Positions 35,896 through 45,023 of a stretch of 64,000 bases of DNA are shown here, piece after piece (the stretch's first letter is position 1; every line of letters starts with the position of its first letter). The translations under genes were made by a program, and so were the position numbers. The notes beneath the pieces are model-generated. The model had not been told where the DNA came from. It worked only from the letters and a program-made list of their open reading frames with translations, and ran no database searches. Source of the DNA: an uncultured delta proteobacterium (GTDB lineage Bacteria; Desulfobacterota; Binatia; JACPRU01); NCBI GenBank assembly GCA_963745025.1, contig CAVUWD010000016.1, positions 160,001 through 224,000 on the forward strand, read 5' to 3'.

Positions 35896-38814
35896 GTGGC
35901 GGGTGACAGGGAGGAGGCCGCTCGTCCACGAGAGCGGGCGACGCACGCCGCGCTCGTGCTCTTGGCGGGCGGGCTGGCGGCGGTCGTCTATACCTACCCG
36001 CTTGTCCTCCATTTTGCCGAGGCGATTCCCTACGGCTGCGGGGTGAGCCGCGAGCGCCGCGTGCAGGGCCTCGTGCACGGCGATCAGCTTCAGTTCCTCT
36101 ATTTCCTTTCCGTCACCGACGACATGGTTCGCGGCCGCGCACCGTGGTTCCAGGACCCCTACGAGTTCAGCGCGCCGCAGCCTTCGAAGCGCAGGAGCTT
36201 CTTCTTCTTGCCGTTTTCCCTGCTGTTCTCCGCCCTCGCTCCACTCGGTCAGGCGGCGGCCTACAACCTTCTCGTGCTGGCATCGTTTCCCGCCACCGCG
36301 CTCTCCACCTTCCTGCTCGCACGCCGCTTCGGGGCCGACGGCGGCGGCGCCGCAGTCGCTGCGGCCGCGGTCACCCTGCTGCCGTATCGCTTGGTGAGCC
36401 TCGCGGGTGGTCATCCGACGGGTATCGCCTTCTTCCTGTTGCCGCTCGCGATCTATTTCCTGGAGGTGGCGTGGCAGGGGTCGAGTCGGTGGGCCGCGCT
36501 TGGCGGGGGTCTTTGCCTCGTCTGTCTGGCGCTCAACGAGCCGCACTTCGTCTATTTCTTCGCCTTCTTGTTCCCGCTCTGGCTGCTCTACGCGATCTGG
36601 GGTCTCGAGCCGACTCGGCGCGCGCAAGCGAGGGGCACGGTGTGCGGCTGGCTCGCCTTGTCGGCGCTCGGGCCCTCCGCGGCCTTCGCCGTGTTCGCTG
36701 CCCGGCTCGGCACCAACTGGGGACCGGCGGCGCTGCTGCTCCTCTTCATCGTGGTTCTGGCCCTGCTCTCTATGGCGTGGCGCGTGACCGCGGAGATTCG
36801 AGCGCGGTCCGGCGAGGTGGCGTGGGCCGAGGAAGCACGGTCGTATTCCCCTCTCGCGCTGCTCGTCCTCTACGCGGGTCAGCTGGGCCTCGGCCTGCCT
36901 CATCTCGGCATCGTCGTTTTCGGCGCGGCGACCCTGCTGGCGATCGCGCTCAAGTTGCCGGTCGCTCGTGCCGCGGTGAAGGTCGCCGGCGCGTCGGCAG
37001 AGCGCTGGCGGGCGCTTTGGCCGTTCGCCTTGGGATTGGTCGTCGCGGCCTTGCTGCTCCTGCAGTTCAAGAGCTCCTTCATCGATCCCTCCGGTCACGG
37101 CGCCGGACGATCCCTCGATGAAATCATGCTCTTCGCGCCGCGGCCAAGCGATTTTTTCGAGCGGTCGAGTACCGTGCTGACGCACCAGCTCTACCCCGGC
37201 GTCGTCGTGGTGGCGCTGGCGATCGCCGCTCTCGCCAGGCGCGAGGGGCGAGTGCTCGTGGCCGTCGCGCTCGGCTTCGCGGCGCTCGCGCTCGGCCCGA
37301 ACGCGCCGCAATGGTTGCCGCTCTATCACGCCGCCGCCCGGTTGATCCCGTTCTTCGCGATCATCCGCCAACCCGCCAAGTTCTTCGCGGTGAGCGCCAT
37401 CGCGCTCGGGCTTGCCGCCGGCATCGGCACCGCGGTGGCGACCGAGAAGATCGGTGGGCGTTGGCGGACGGCGCTCGCCTGTGCGGCGCTCGGCGCGGTT
37501 CTCTTCGACTTCTCGAGCCTGCTGCCGTTCGGCGTTTCCCGCCTGCCGAGCGACAATCGCGCCTATGCCGCGGTTGCGGAGCGAGCCCGGGGCTCGAATC
37601 TCCTCGAGCTGACGCTCTGGCCGGGCGACAGCGCCTACTCGTCGATCTACCAGTACTGGGCGACCCGCACGCGCGTGCCGACCGTGAACGGCTACAGCCC
37701 GACGGCTCCACGCGACTACGTCGAACGGGTCGCTCGCCCGCTGGAATCGATGAACCTGGGCGAGCTCACCGAGGATCAGCATCGCTTGCTCGACGATCTC
37801 GAGGTGCGCCTCGTGACGGTTCACCGCGACACCTACCCGGCGCAGGCGTTTGCGTATTCCTATCGCTTCACGCTCGCCGCGATGCACCAGAACCCAAATC
37901 TGCGTCCCGTTGCCGAAGACGACGGCGTCTACCTGTTCGAGCGGGTCGGCGGACCATACCGGCCGTGGGCCGGCTCGGCGCCTTGGCCGATGGGTGTCTT
38001 TTACGAGGCGGAGAACTTGAAGGTCGGTGACGGCGAGCGCCTGGAGGATCCGTCGGCTTCGGGTGGTGCGCTGGTCCGCGGCCGGTCCGACGCGAAGCTT
38101 CCGGCCGTCTACGGTCCGTACCGAGGCTTCCCGGCGGGCGTCTACGAAGCCCGTTTCCGCGCGCGCGGCAGCGGACGCGTGGAGGTGTCCTCCGACCTCG
38201 GCAAGAGCCAGCTCGCCGTTGCCACCGTCGAACGAGACGCGTGGAGCGAGCTTCCCGTCGTGTTTGCGATCGACCATCCAAAGACGCTCGAGTTCCGGGC
38301 CTGGGCGGCGTCCGCCGCTGGCAGCTCGCTCGACGTGGACTGGGTGCTCGTCCGCAAGCTTGCCGGGCCCGAAGAGCGCGAGACCGGTCCGCGGCGCTTC
38401 GAAGCCGAGGACCTGCCCGCGCTTTACGGAGTCGATTACGAGTCGGCCGAGGCCTCGGGCCACGCCTACGCCTCGGTCGTCGAGTATCCCCCCGGGGTCG
38501 TCGTCCGCGATGGACCCTATCGGATCTTCGGGCCCGGACGGGTCGGCGTCGCCGTGCGATCCCGCGGCGGTCCGTTGCGCTTGCGCGTGGAGGCTGCCGA
38601 CGGCCGGCGGTTCGCTGAGACCGAAATCCCAGCACGACGCTCGTGGACCACGGCGGAGACATCCGTCGAGCTTCCCGACCGCGCGATCCTCTGCACGCGA
38701 CTTCTCTCCGCCGGTGCGAAAGCGGACGTGGATTACGTCGAGATCACCGAGCGAGAAGAGCCGTCACCTTCCGAACGACCCACGGGAACTGCGGATGGCG
38801 GGGGGAGGCCGTGA
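35896..38814 (+). CDS. Large polytopic GT-C/YfhO-like membrane protein with C-terminal carbohydrate-binding-like modules
   Basis: YTYPL, GD, AYNLL..SF, many TM segments, VNGYS, two YEAE/FEAE...ASG modules. Confidence 0.75.
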   Translation: MAGDREEAARPRERATHAALVLLAGGLAAVVYTYPLVLHFAEAIPYGCGVSRERRVQGLVHGDQLQFLYFLSVTDDMVRGRAPWFQDPYEFSAPQPSKRRSFFFLPFSLLFSALAPLGQAAAYNLLVLASFPATALSTFLLARRFGADGGGAAVAAAAVTLLPYRLVSLAGGHPTGIAFFLLPLAIYFLEVAWQGSSRWAALGGGLCLVCLALNEPHFVYFFAFLFPLWLLYAIWGLEPTRRAQARGTVCGWLALSALGPSAAFAVFAARLGTNWGPAALLLLFIVVLALLSMAWRVTAEIRARSGEVAWAEEARSYSPLALLVLYAGQLGLGLPHLGIVVFGAATLLAIALKLPVARAAVKVAGASAERWRALWPFALGLVVAALLLLQFKSSFIDPSGHGAGRSLDEIMLFAPRPSDFFERSSTVLTHQLYPGVVVVALAIAALARREGRVLVAVALGFAALALGPNAPQWLPLYHAAARLIPFFAIIRQPAKFFAVSAIALGLAAGIGTAVATEKIGGRWRTALACAALGAVLFDFSSLLPFGVSRLPSDNRAYAAVAERARGSNLLELTLWPGDSAYSSIYQYWATRTRVPTVNGYSPTAPRDYVERVARPLESMNLGELTEDQHRLLDDLEVRLVTVHRDTYPAQAFAYSYRFTLAAMHQNPNLRPVAEDDGVYLFERVGGPYRPWAGSAPWPMGVFYEAENLKVGDGERLEDPSASGGALVRGRSDAKLPAVYGPYRGFPAGVYEARFRARGSGRVEVSSDLGKSQLAVATVERDAWSELPVVFAIDHPKTLEFRAWAASAAGSSLDVDWVLVRKLAGPEERETGPRRFEAEDLPALYGVDYESAEASGHAYASVVEYPPGVVVRDGPYRIFGPGRVGVAVRSRGGPLRLRVEAADGRRFAETEIPARRSWTTAETSVELPDRAILCTRLLSAGAKADVDYVEITEREEPSPSERPTGTADGGGRP

Positions 38815-41290
38815 GGTCTACGAAGCGTGCCCGACGCGACGTCGAGAACAGAAAGATGCGATCCGTGAGGCTCGCACCTAGGAGCCCCTGATCCGACCAG
38901 AGGAGCCGGCTCGGCCGGGGCACGAGCGTCTCGGGCTCGCTCCAGGAGGCGCCGTCGAGCGACGTGCGTGCGACGAGGCCGCGCGGAAAGCTCGATGCCG
39001 CGTCGGCGTGCTCGACGACGATCCCGCCGAGCGGCTGAACGGCGCCGAGATCGACGAGGGCTCGCTCGTCGCCCGCGTCATAACGCGTGATCGCCGAGAC
39101 GAGGCGCGGCCATCGGTCGGTGTCGAGGCGAAGGCCGGTGGCGAGAAGCTCGTCGCCGAGCGGCGTGATTTCGCCCGCGACCGCACCGATGCGAGGATCG
39201 CTCCCCGAGGCGAGCACGGCGGTCCGCGCGACGAGCGCCCGGTCCCGCAACTCGACGAGCGAGGCGTCCCGCAGATGTTCGAACCGTCGAATGAGGTCGC
39301 CCTGCCAATGACGTACGGCGCCGGGGAGGCGGGCCGCCGCCACCGGATCCGCGAACAGGCGTCCGGGGCCGGGCGGCGGCGGGGGAGGCATCGCGTCGGC
39401 GCGCTTTCCCGGTGCCCGCACGACGAGCTCCGCGATGCTCCACGCATAGCGAGGGTCGCTCCCGAGCTCCGTCAGGCGTACGAAGCGAGCTCGCAGCGGC
39501 AAGAAGCGAGCGACCACCCAGCCGTCATAGCTCGGCAGCGGGCGCCCGCGTGCCCACGAGCAAGGTCCCCAGTACACGTCCACCTCCGCGGCCCTCGTCC
39601 AGCTCTGGCCATCGAGGGAAACTTCGACGCGCAGCCCGCGCGGCGTGTCGGAGGCGTATCGCGGCAGAAACGCTACTTCGGCGACGTCGTACGCCGCGCC
39701 GAGGTCGGCCTTGAACCACATGCCCGGCCGCTGCGGCGCGAGCGTCGTCCAACGGGTCGTTCCGTCGCGGTCGAAGGCCAAGACGGCGTCGATCGCGTTG
39801 TCGCTGGCGGTGGCGGCGACGATGGGGAGCTCCGCCACTCCCTCGACCCCCGGCTCGATCGCGTAGAACAGCTCGAAGCCCTCGACGCGTTCCTTGCGGT
39901 AGCGCGCCGATGCCAAACGGAGCATGCCCTCGAAGGCGGCGGCACGCAGCGGCTGGTGAAAGAGGAAGGCCGCGCGCTCGGCTCCGTCGGCGCGGTCGAG
40001 GTACGCGGTGCTGCGATCGTCGAACGGATTGGCGAATACAATCTCTTCCCGCGCGTCGAACGTGAAGCGCGCGCCATCCCAGTAGTCGTCGGTATACACG
40101 ACGTGGAACCCGAGGTCGTCGAGCGCGTGAAAGATGCGGCTCTCCTGCGCGCGATCTTCCTGGTAGTGGCGCAGCGCCGCCGGATCGAGGACGTTGGCTT
40201 TGAGGAACGACGGCACCGCCTGCAGCGCGAGCAGCAGGAAGCCGAGAGCAATGCCCGCTCGGCCGAGGCTGACGACGAGGAGCGCGGGAGCGATCGCCAG
40301 CACCGTGTAGAGCGGAACCAGATACCGCTGCGTGTCGGCGCCGGAGAAGGGAGACGGCAGATACACGGCGAAGAGCATTGCCGCAACGAGGAGCAGGAGG
40401 CGCGCCCCGCGGCGCGGGCGTGGCGGCGAGGAGCCGAGTGCCATCGAGACGGTTGTCGCGAGGGCGCCGAGCTGAATCGGCAGCAGCAGCCACCCGAGCA
40501 CTGGCACGGTCGGCATCGAGCCGCCGTCGAAGCGAATCCCGAGCACGATCGGCAGGCGATAGAGGAGCAGGCGGGAGAGGCGGTGTCCGAAGCGCGGCGC
40601 CCGCGGCGCGGCGACGAGGAACGTTGCGAAGTGAGACTGGAACGTGCCGTACCAGAAAGGAGCGCTGCCGATGAAGAACGGGCCGGCGGACCAGACGACG
40701 GCCCGCGCGAGCAGCCGCGGACGCTCGACGGCCCAGAAGAGAACGATCGCCGCGCCATAGACGACGGTGTTGAAGTGTGTCCAGAACGACAGCCCGAGCG
40801 CGAGACCGACGCCGACGAGGGCGTGTCGCTCCTCGCGGGCGGTTTCGGCGTTCGCCGCACGCAGCGCGAGATACGACGCGAGCGTGCCGAGCGCGAGGCT
40901 TTCGGCGTACGCGCCGCGCGCCACGACGACGGTCCAGACGAGATAGATCGGCGGGAAGCAGGCGAAGGCGAGGGCCCAGAGCCCGCAGGACCGCCCGGCG
41001 GCCTCGCGGGCGAACAGGTACGCGGAGAGCGCGAAGAGCATGGAAAACAGCACCGGCGAGAGGTTCAGGGCGAAGCGGGTCGGGCCGAAGAGGAGCATCA
41101 GCGGAGCCGCCACGAACGACTCGATCGTCCCCATGTACAGGTAGCCCCACTGGAAGATGGACAGCTCTCCGCGCAGGATGTGCATGGCCATCAACCCGAA
41201 GATCGCCTGGTCGGCGTCGAGCGACGGCGTGGCGAGGTAGAGAAGTCGCAGGCCGAGGCCCGCGGCGAGAAGCAGGAGCACCGCGGCCAT
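38744..41290 (-). CDS. ArnT/PMT-like GT-C glycosyltransferase with F5/8 type C (discoidin) domains
   Basis: DADQAIFGLMA.HI, YMGTIES, about 11 TM segments, AFDRD..TRWTT..PQ.PG.W..DLG, SLDG.SW twice. Confidence 0.82.
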   Translation of the reverse strand: MAAVLLLLAAGLGLRLLYLATPSLDADQAIFGLMAMHILRGELSIFQWGYLYMGTIESFVAAPLMLLFGPTRFALNLSPVLFSMLFALSAYLFAREAAGRSCGLWALAFACFPPIYLVWTVVVARGAYAESLALGTLASYLALRAANAETAREERHALVGVGLALGLSFWTHFNTVVYGAAIVLFWAVERPRLLARAVVWSAGPFFIGSAPFWYGTFQSHFATFLVAAPRAPRFGHRLSRLLLYRLPIVLGIRFDGGSMPTVPVLGWLLLPIQLGALATTVSMALGSSPPRPRRGARLLLLVAAMLFAVYLPSPFSGADTQRYLVPLYTVLAIAPALLVVSLGRAGIALGFLLLALQAVPSFLKANVLDPAALRHYQEDRAQESRIFHALDDLGFHVVYTDDYWDGARFTFDAREEIVFANPFDDRSTAYLDRADGAERAAFLFHQPLRAAAFEGMLRLASARYRKERVEGFELFYAIEPGVEGVAELPIVAATASDNAIDAVLAFDRDGTTRWTTLAPQRPGMWFKADLGAAYDVAEVAFLPRYASDTPRGLRVEVSLDGQSWTRAAEVDVYWGPCSWARGRPLPSYDGWVVARFLPLRARFVRLTELGSDPRYAWSIAELVVRAPGKRADAMPPPPPPGPGRLFADPVAAARLPGAVRHWQGDLIRRFEHLRDASLVELRDRALVARTAVLASGSDPRIGAVAGEITPLGDELLATGLRLDTDRWPRLVSAITRYDAGDERALVDLGAVQPLGGIVVEHADAASSFPRGLVARTSLDGASWSEPETLVPRPSRLLWSDQGLLGASLTDRIFLFSTSRRARFVDLTASPRHPQFPWVVRKVTALLAR

Positions 41291-42135
41291 CAGCTCGCCG
41301 GCGCCGCCTCGATCAGCCACCCGCCGCCTTCGCCGGCGGGACACGTCCGGTCGTAGATCGGGCCGAGCAGGCGGGCGAGGAACGCGGCGACCGGGCGCCG
41401 CAGCCGCGGGGAGAGCGTCCAGCGGCCGAGCAACCGCTTCCAGACCATGGCCGGCACGGCGAGGGGATAACCGAGGTCGTTCACCGCCATCACGCTCCGC
41501 GGCAGGTAGCTCTCGTGTCGGACGATCCGCAAGCCGGCGGCGCGCAGCAGCTCACTCCACTCGTCCATCGGCAGGCAGTGGAGGTTCTTCTGCAGGCGGA
41601 CGTTCACCAGGTTCTCGTACCACCGAGAAGGGCCGTGCAGGCCGAGCCGCTCGAGCAGCCGCGCGTGAAAGAGCAGCTTGCCGTAGAGAGGGCTCGGCAC
41701 CGAGAACCAGAAGCGGCCGTCGGCTCGCAGCACGCGGCGGATCTCGGCAAGAGTCGCGGGAAGATCACCGAGGTGCTCGAGCACGGAGTTGCTGATCACG
41801 CTGGCGAAGACGGCGGTGCGAAACGGCAGACGGGCGGCGTCGGCGGCGGTGAGCGAGCGGTAGATGTGACGTGCCCGGGCGATCGCGAGCTCGGCGGGGT
41901 CGCGATCCATGCCGACGGCCAGCGTGCGCAGGAAGGTACGCTCCGCGAACAGGCCGTCGCCGCAGCCGACGTCGAGGACCGGCTCGGAGATCGGCAGCGC
42001 CCCGAGCCAGCGAGCCTCGATCGCGCGCTCGAGCGCGAGTGAGATCGGGGCGGCGCGCAGGTAGGACTCGAGGTGATTCACGATCGGAGTTGTAGGGGCT
42101 TGTACCAGCGTTCTGCGGGTGAATCGATGCGCCAC
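41290..42135 (-). CDS. Class I SAM-dependent methyltransferase
   Basis: VLDVGCGDG, DAARLPF, SNSVLEH, RRVLRADG. Start may be 42081. Confidence 0.88.
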   Translation of the reverse strand: MAHRFTRRTLVQAPTTPIVNHLESYLRAAPISLALERAIEARWLGALPISEPVLDVGCGDGLFAERTFLRTLAVGMDRDPAELAIARARHIYRSLTAADAARLPFRTAVFASVISNSVLEHLGDLPATLAEIRRVLRADGRFWFSVPSPLYGKLLFHARLLERLGLHGPSRWYENLVNVRLQKNLHCLPMDEWSELLRAAGLRIVRHESYLPRSVMAVNDLGYPLAVPAMVWKRLLGRWTLSPRLRRPVAAFLARLLGPIYDRTCPAGEGGGWLIEAAPAS

Positions 42136-42141
42136 CGGCGG

Positions 42142-42894
42142 TCACGCCGGCTTCGGCCGGCGGCGCAGCGCCAGGCGGACGACCGCACGGGTGTACTGCA
42201 CGAGCGTGCGCAGGAACTTCGTCTTGCTCTCGCCCGCGCTGCGCGACGGATAGTAGACGGGCACTTCGAGGATCGTCGAGCCGCGCGCCAGCGATTCGAC
42301 GAGCAGGCGAATGAAGTAATCGCCGTAGCCCTCGAAGACGTCGTCGAGATCGAGCGCCAGGATCGACTCGCGGCGCGCCGCGAAGAAGCCGCTCAGGTGA
42401 TCCTGCAGCTTGGTGCCGAGCAGAAGCCGGCAGAAGAAGTTGAAGAGGAAGGAAAGCCGGTAGCGGCCGTGCTCCTCCATGCCGCCGCCGACCGTGAAAC
42501 GGGAGCCGGTGACGAGGTCGTAGTAGCGAAGGAAGTCGATCATCTGCGGGACCATCTCCGGCTGATGATTGAAGTCGGTGTCCATCACCACGACGACCTC
42601 GCCGCGCGCCTCCTCGATTCCGCGGCGGACCGCGGTCGCGAGGCCGCGGGCGTCCGTGCGCCGGATGACTCGGACGTTGCCGCCGCATCCCGCCGCGATC
42701 TCCGCCGTGCCGTCGGGGCTGTCGTCGTCGACGACGACGATCTCGAGATCGCGCGTCGCGTGTGCGGCATCGCGTACGGCGGCGATCAGGTTGGCGATGT
42801 TGCCGCTCTCGTTGTACGTCGGCAGCACCACGGAGAGCCGCGGTTGCCAGTCGAAGGCGGGAGTCGCCCTAGGTGAGTAGGTCGGCGAGCGCAT
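42142..42894 (-). CDS. Polyprenol-monophosphate glycosyltransferase (DPM1/ArnC-like GT2)
   Basis: VVLPTYNE, VVDDDSPDGT, RGLATA, MDTDFNHQP, GSRF, D.LSGFF, R..GESK. Confidence 0.9.
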   Translation of the reverse strand: MRSPTYSPRATPAFDWQPRLSVVLPTYNESGNIANLIAAVRDAAHATRDLEIVVVDDDSPDGTAEIAAGCGGNVRVIRRTDARGLATAVRRGIEEARGEVVVVMDTDFNHQPEMVPQMIDFLRYYDLVTGSRFTVGGGMEEHGRYRLSFLFNFFCRLLLGTKLQDHLSGFFAARRESILALDLDDVFEGYGDYFIRLLVESLARGSTILEVPVYYPSRSAGESKTKFLRTLVQYTRAVVRLALRRRPKPA

Positions 42895-43984
42895 CGCAGA
42901 TGAATCGGATCTGGCTGCGGGCGAGGAGCGGCCCGGAGGGCAGGTTGAGACCGCGCGCGCCGAGCTCGGCGGCGACGGGATAGCGCCGACCGTCACGGTA
43001 GGGAGGAAGCTCGGGGATCGGCACGAAGAACGGCCGCCAGTCGATGCCACGCTCGAGCAGGTGGCGGCCGAGCGTCGCACGATCGACCGCCGCGTCCCGG
43101 CCGAGCACGACGCTGAACATCCAGTGGACGTTCTCGCTGCGCGGCATCTCGAGCGGCATCTCGAGCGGCAGACCGGCAAGGCCGGCACGGTACCAGGCGG
43201 CGATGCGGCGCTTGCGCTCGAGGATCTCGGGGAAGCGGTCGAGCTGGGCGAGCCCGAGCGCCGCTTGCAGCGTGGTCATGCGGTAATTGAAGCCGATCTC
43301 GCCGTGGTAGTAGCGCTGGTTCGGCGACATCGCGTGATCGCGCAGCAGACGTAGCCGCGCGGCGAGCGCAGCGCTCGAGGTGAGCACCATCCCGCCCTCG
43401 CCGGTCGTGACCATCTTGTTGCCGTAGAAGCTGAAGCAGGAGGCGGCGCCGAATGCGCCGACGGGGCGCCCGCCATAGCGTGCGCCGTGCGCTTCCGCCG
43501 CATCCTCGACGAGGTGGAGCCGGGCCCTCCGCGCAATCGCGCGAAGCCGGGCCATGTCGGCCGGCTGGCCGTAGAGATGGACCGCGATGATCGCCCGCGT
43601 GCGGCGCGTGATCTTGGCCTCGACGGCGCTCGGATCGAGGTTCCAGGTCCCGCGGTCGGCATCGGCGAACACCGGCGTCGCTCCCGCATAGTGCACCGCG
43701 TTCGCCGTGGCGATGAACGTGAGCGCCGGTACGATCACCTCGTCGCCGGGGCCGATTCCGAGCGCGGCGAGCGCGAGATGGAGCGCGGTCGTGCCGTTGC
43801 TCGTGGCGACGCCGAAGCGCCGGTCGCAGAGCGCGGCGAAGCGCCCCTCGAACTCGCGAATCTCCTCGCCGATCGAAGAGATCCAGCCGCTCTTCACGCA
43901 GCGCGTGACGCGCTCGAGCTCGCCTCTCCCGATCCAAGGCTCGTAAACGGGAATGAACGACCGCGCTTTCTTCGCGGCCTTCAC
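42869..43984 (-). CDS. DegT/DnrJ/EryC1/StrS aminotransferase (perosamine synthase-like)
   Basis: SGWISS, SNGTTALH, TFIATANA, VHLYG, EDAAEAHG, SFYGNK..TTGEGG, GFNYRM. Confidence 0.93.
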   Translation of the reverse strand: MKAAKKARSFIPVYEPWIGRGELERVTRCVKSGWISSIGEEIREFEGRFAALCDRRFGVATSNGTTALHLALAALGIGPGDEVIVPALTFIATANAVHYAGATPVFADADRGTWNLDPSAVEAKITRRTRAIIAVHLYGQPADMARLRAIARRARLHLVEDAAEAHGARYGGRPVGAFGAASCFSFYGNKMVTTGEGGMVLTSSAALAARLRLLRDHAMSPNQRYYHGEIGFNYRMTTLQAALGLAQLDRFPEILERKRRIAAWYRAGLAGLPLEMPLEMPRSENVHWMFSVVLGRDAAVDRATLGRHLLERGIDWRPFFVPIPELPPYRDGRRYPVAAELGARGLNLPSGPLLARSQIRFICDALADLLT

Positions 43985-44008
43985 TCGACGCTCCTCACCG
44001 CCACGGTT

Positions 44009-45023
44009 TTATCCTCGACGTCCAGCTGAAAGAGCGGCACGGTCCGCGCCCCCCACCACGCCGAACCTGCCTAGACGAACGTGCCGCTTGTTTCTAGGCA
44101 CCCAGACGCCGATCGTCGCTTCGTACGAAGCATTCGGGAAATCGGCGGGTATGGAGATCTGACGCACGTCCTTGACGATCTCTTCGGGAAGCCAACGCTT
44201 CGTCGTGTGCAGCGCCTTCGGAAGATGGTCGTCTTTGAGGAGCCGGCCGTCACCCCGGAGCCGAAGGTACGCGGCGTAGTCCTCGTCCATGGTTCGCATC
44301 GCCTGCCAGTAGTAAGTGATCTCCACGCGGCGCGGACCGAGGGCCCGCCAGCCGTACCCGAGGAGCCTCAGATCGCGTCCGAACCGCCAATCGACGCGGA
44401 CCGCGGGCCGGAAACGCTCGGCCTCGATGCGCTCGATTTCGCGAAGCTTCTCCCATTCACCGAGGGATCGATACAGGCGGCGGAGCTCAACGAGGGGCCC
44501 ATCGCTTTCAGGTTCGCGAGCGCTTTGCAAGCGCAGGCGTCGCTCCGCGAGCGCCGGCGACGCAGGGTCGCCGAACTCGGGAAGGCGCAGCGCCGCGCCC
44601 ATGGGCAGCATCACCGGACGGATCGGCAGGCGCCAATCGTGAAGCAGCAGGTAGACGCCGACGACGGCGAAGTATGGAAACACGAGCCAGTTCGTCCAGA
44701 ACGCGAGACCGGCGACGAAGGCGATGGCGAGGAGGCACTTTCGCTCGACGGCCGGCGCCAGATCGTCGTGGGTGACCCGCAACGCGAGCCAGAGGAGGAT
44801 CGTTCCGAAGGCGAGCGTCTCGGGATAGTCGCCGCGCGGCATGATCTGTTGGTACTGGACGTAGGGCGGCGCAAACGCGAGCAGCCAGGCGGCGATCGCG
44901 CCCGCAAGCGGCCCGCCGCAGCGGCGCGTCACCAGGTAGAGGGCGACGGCAAAGAGCACGTACCAGGGAAGCAGCCCCATCGACAGCGTCGCGTCGCTCA
45001 CGCCGAAGAGCGCGAAGACCGCA
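44009..45023 (-). pseudogene. Internally deleted GT-C glycosyltransferase remnant
   Basis: Begins within a TM region (AVFALFGVSDATL) and lacks the N-terminal catalytic loop. After MLPMGAA it jumps straight to a C-terminal soluble domain (LRLLGY..YYWQA). Confidence 0.65.

Noticed and set aside
35854-38463. Long antisense ORFs (869 aa here; also 39008-41356, 57365-59995, 55387-57609)
   Set aside because: Stop-poor reverse frames of real high-GC genes, with no recognisable motifs.
38744-38814. 71-bp convergent 3' overlap of two membrane-protein genes (also 34833-34866)
   Set aside because: Overlapping low-complexity tails are common in high-GC genomes, and there is no evidence of function.
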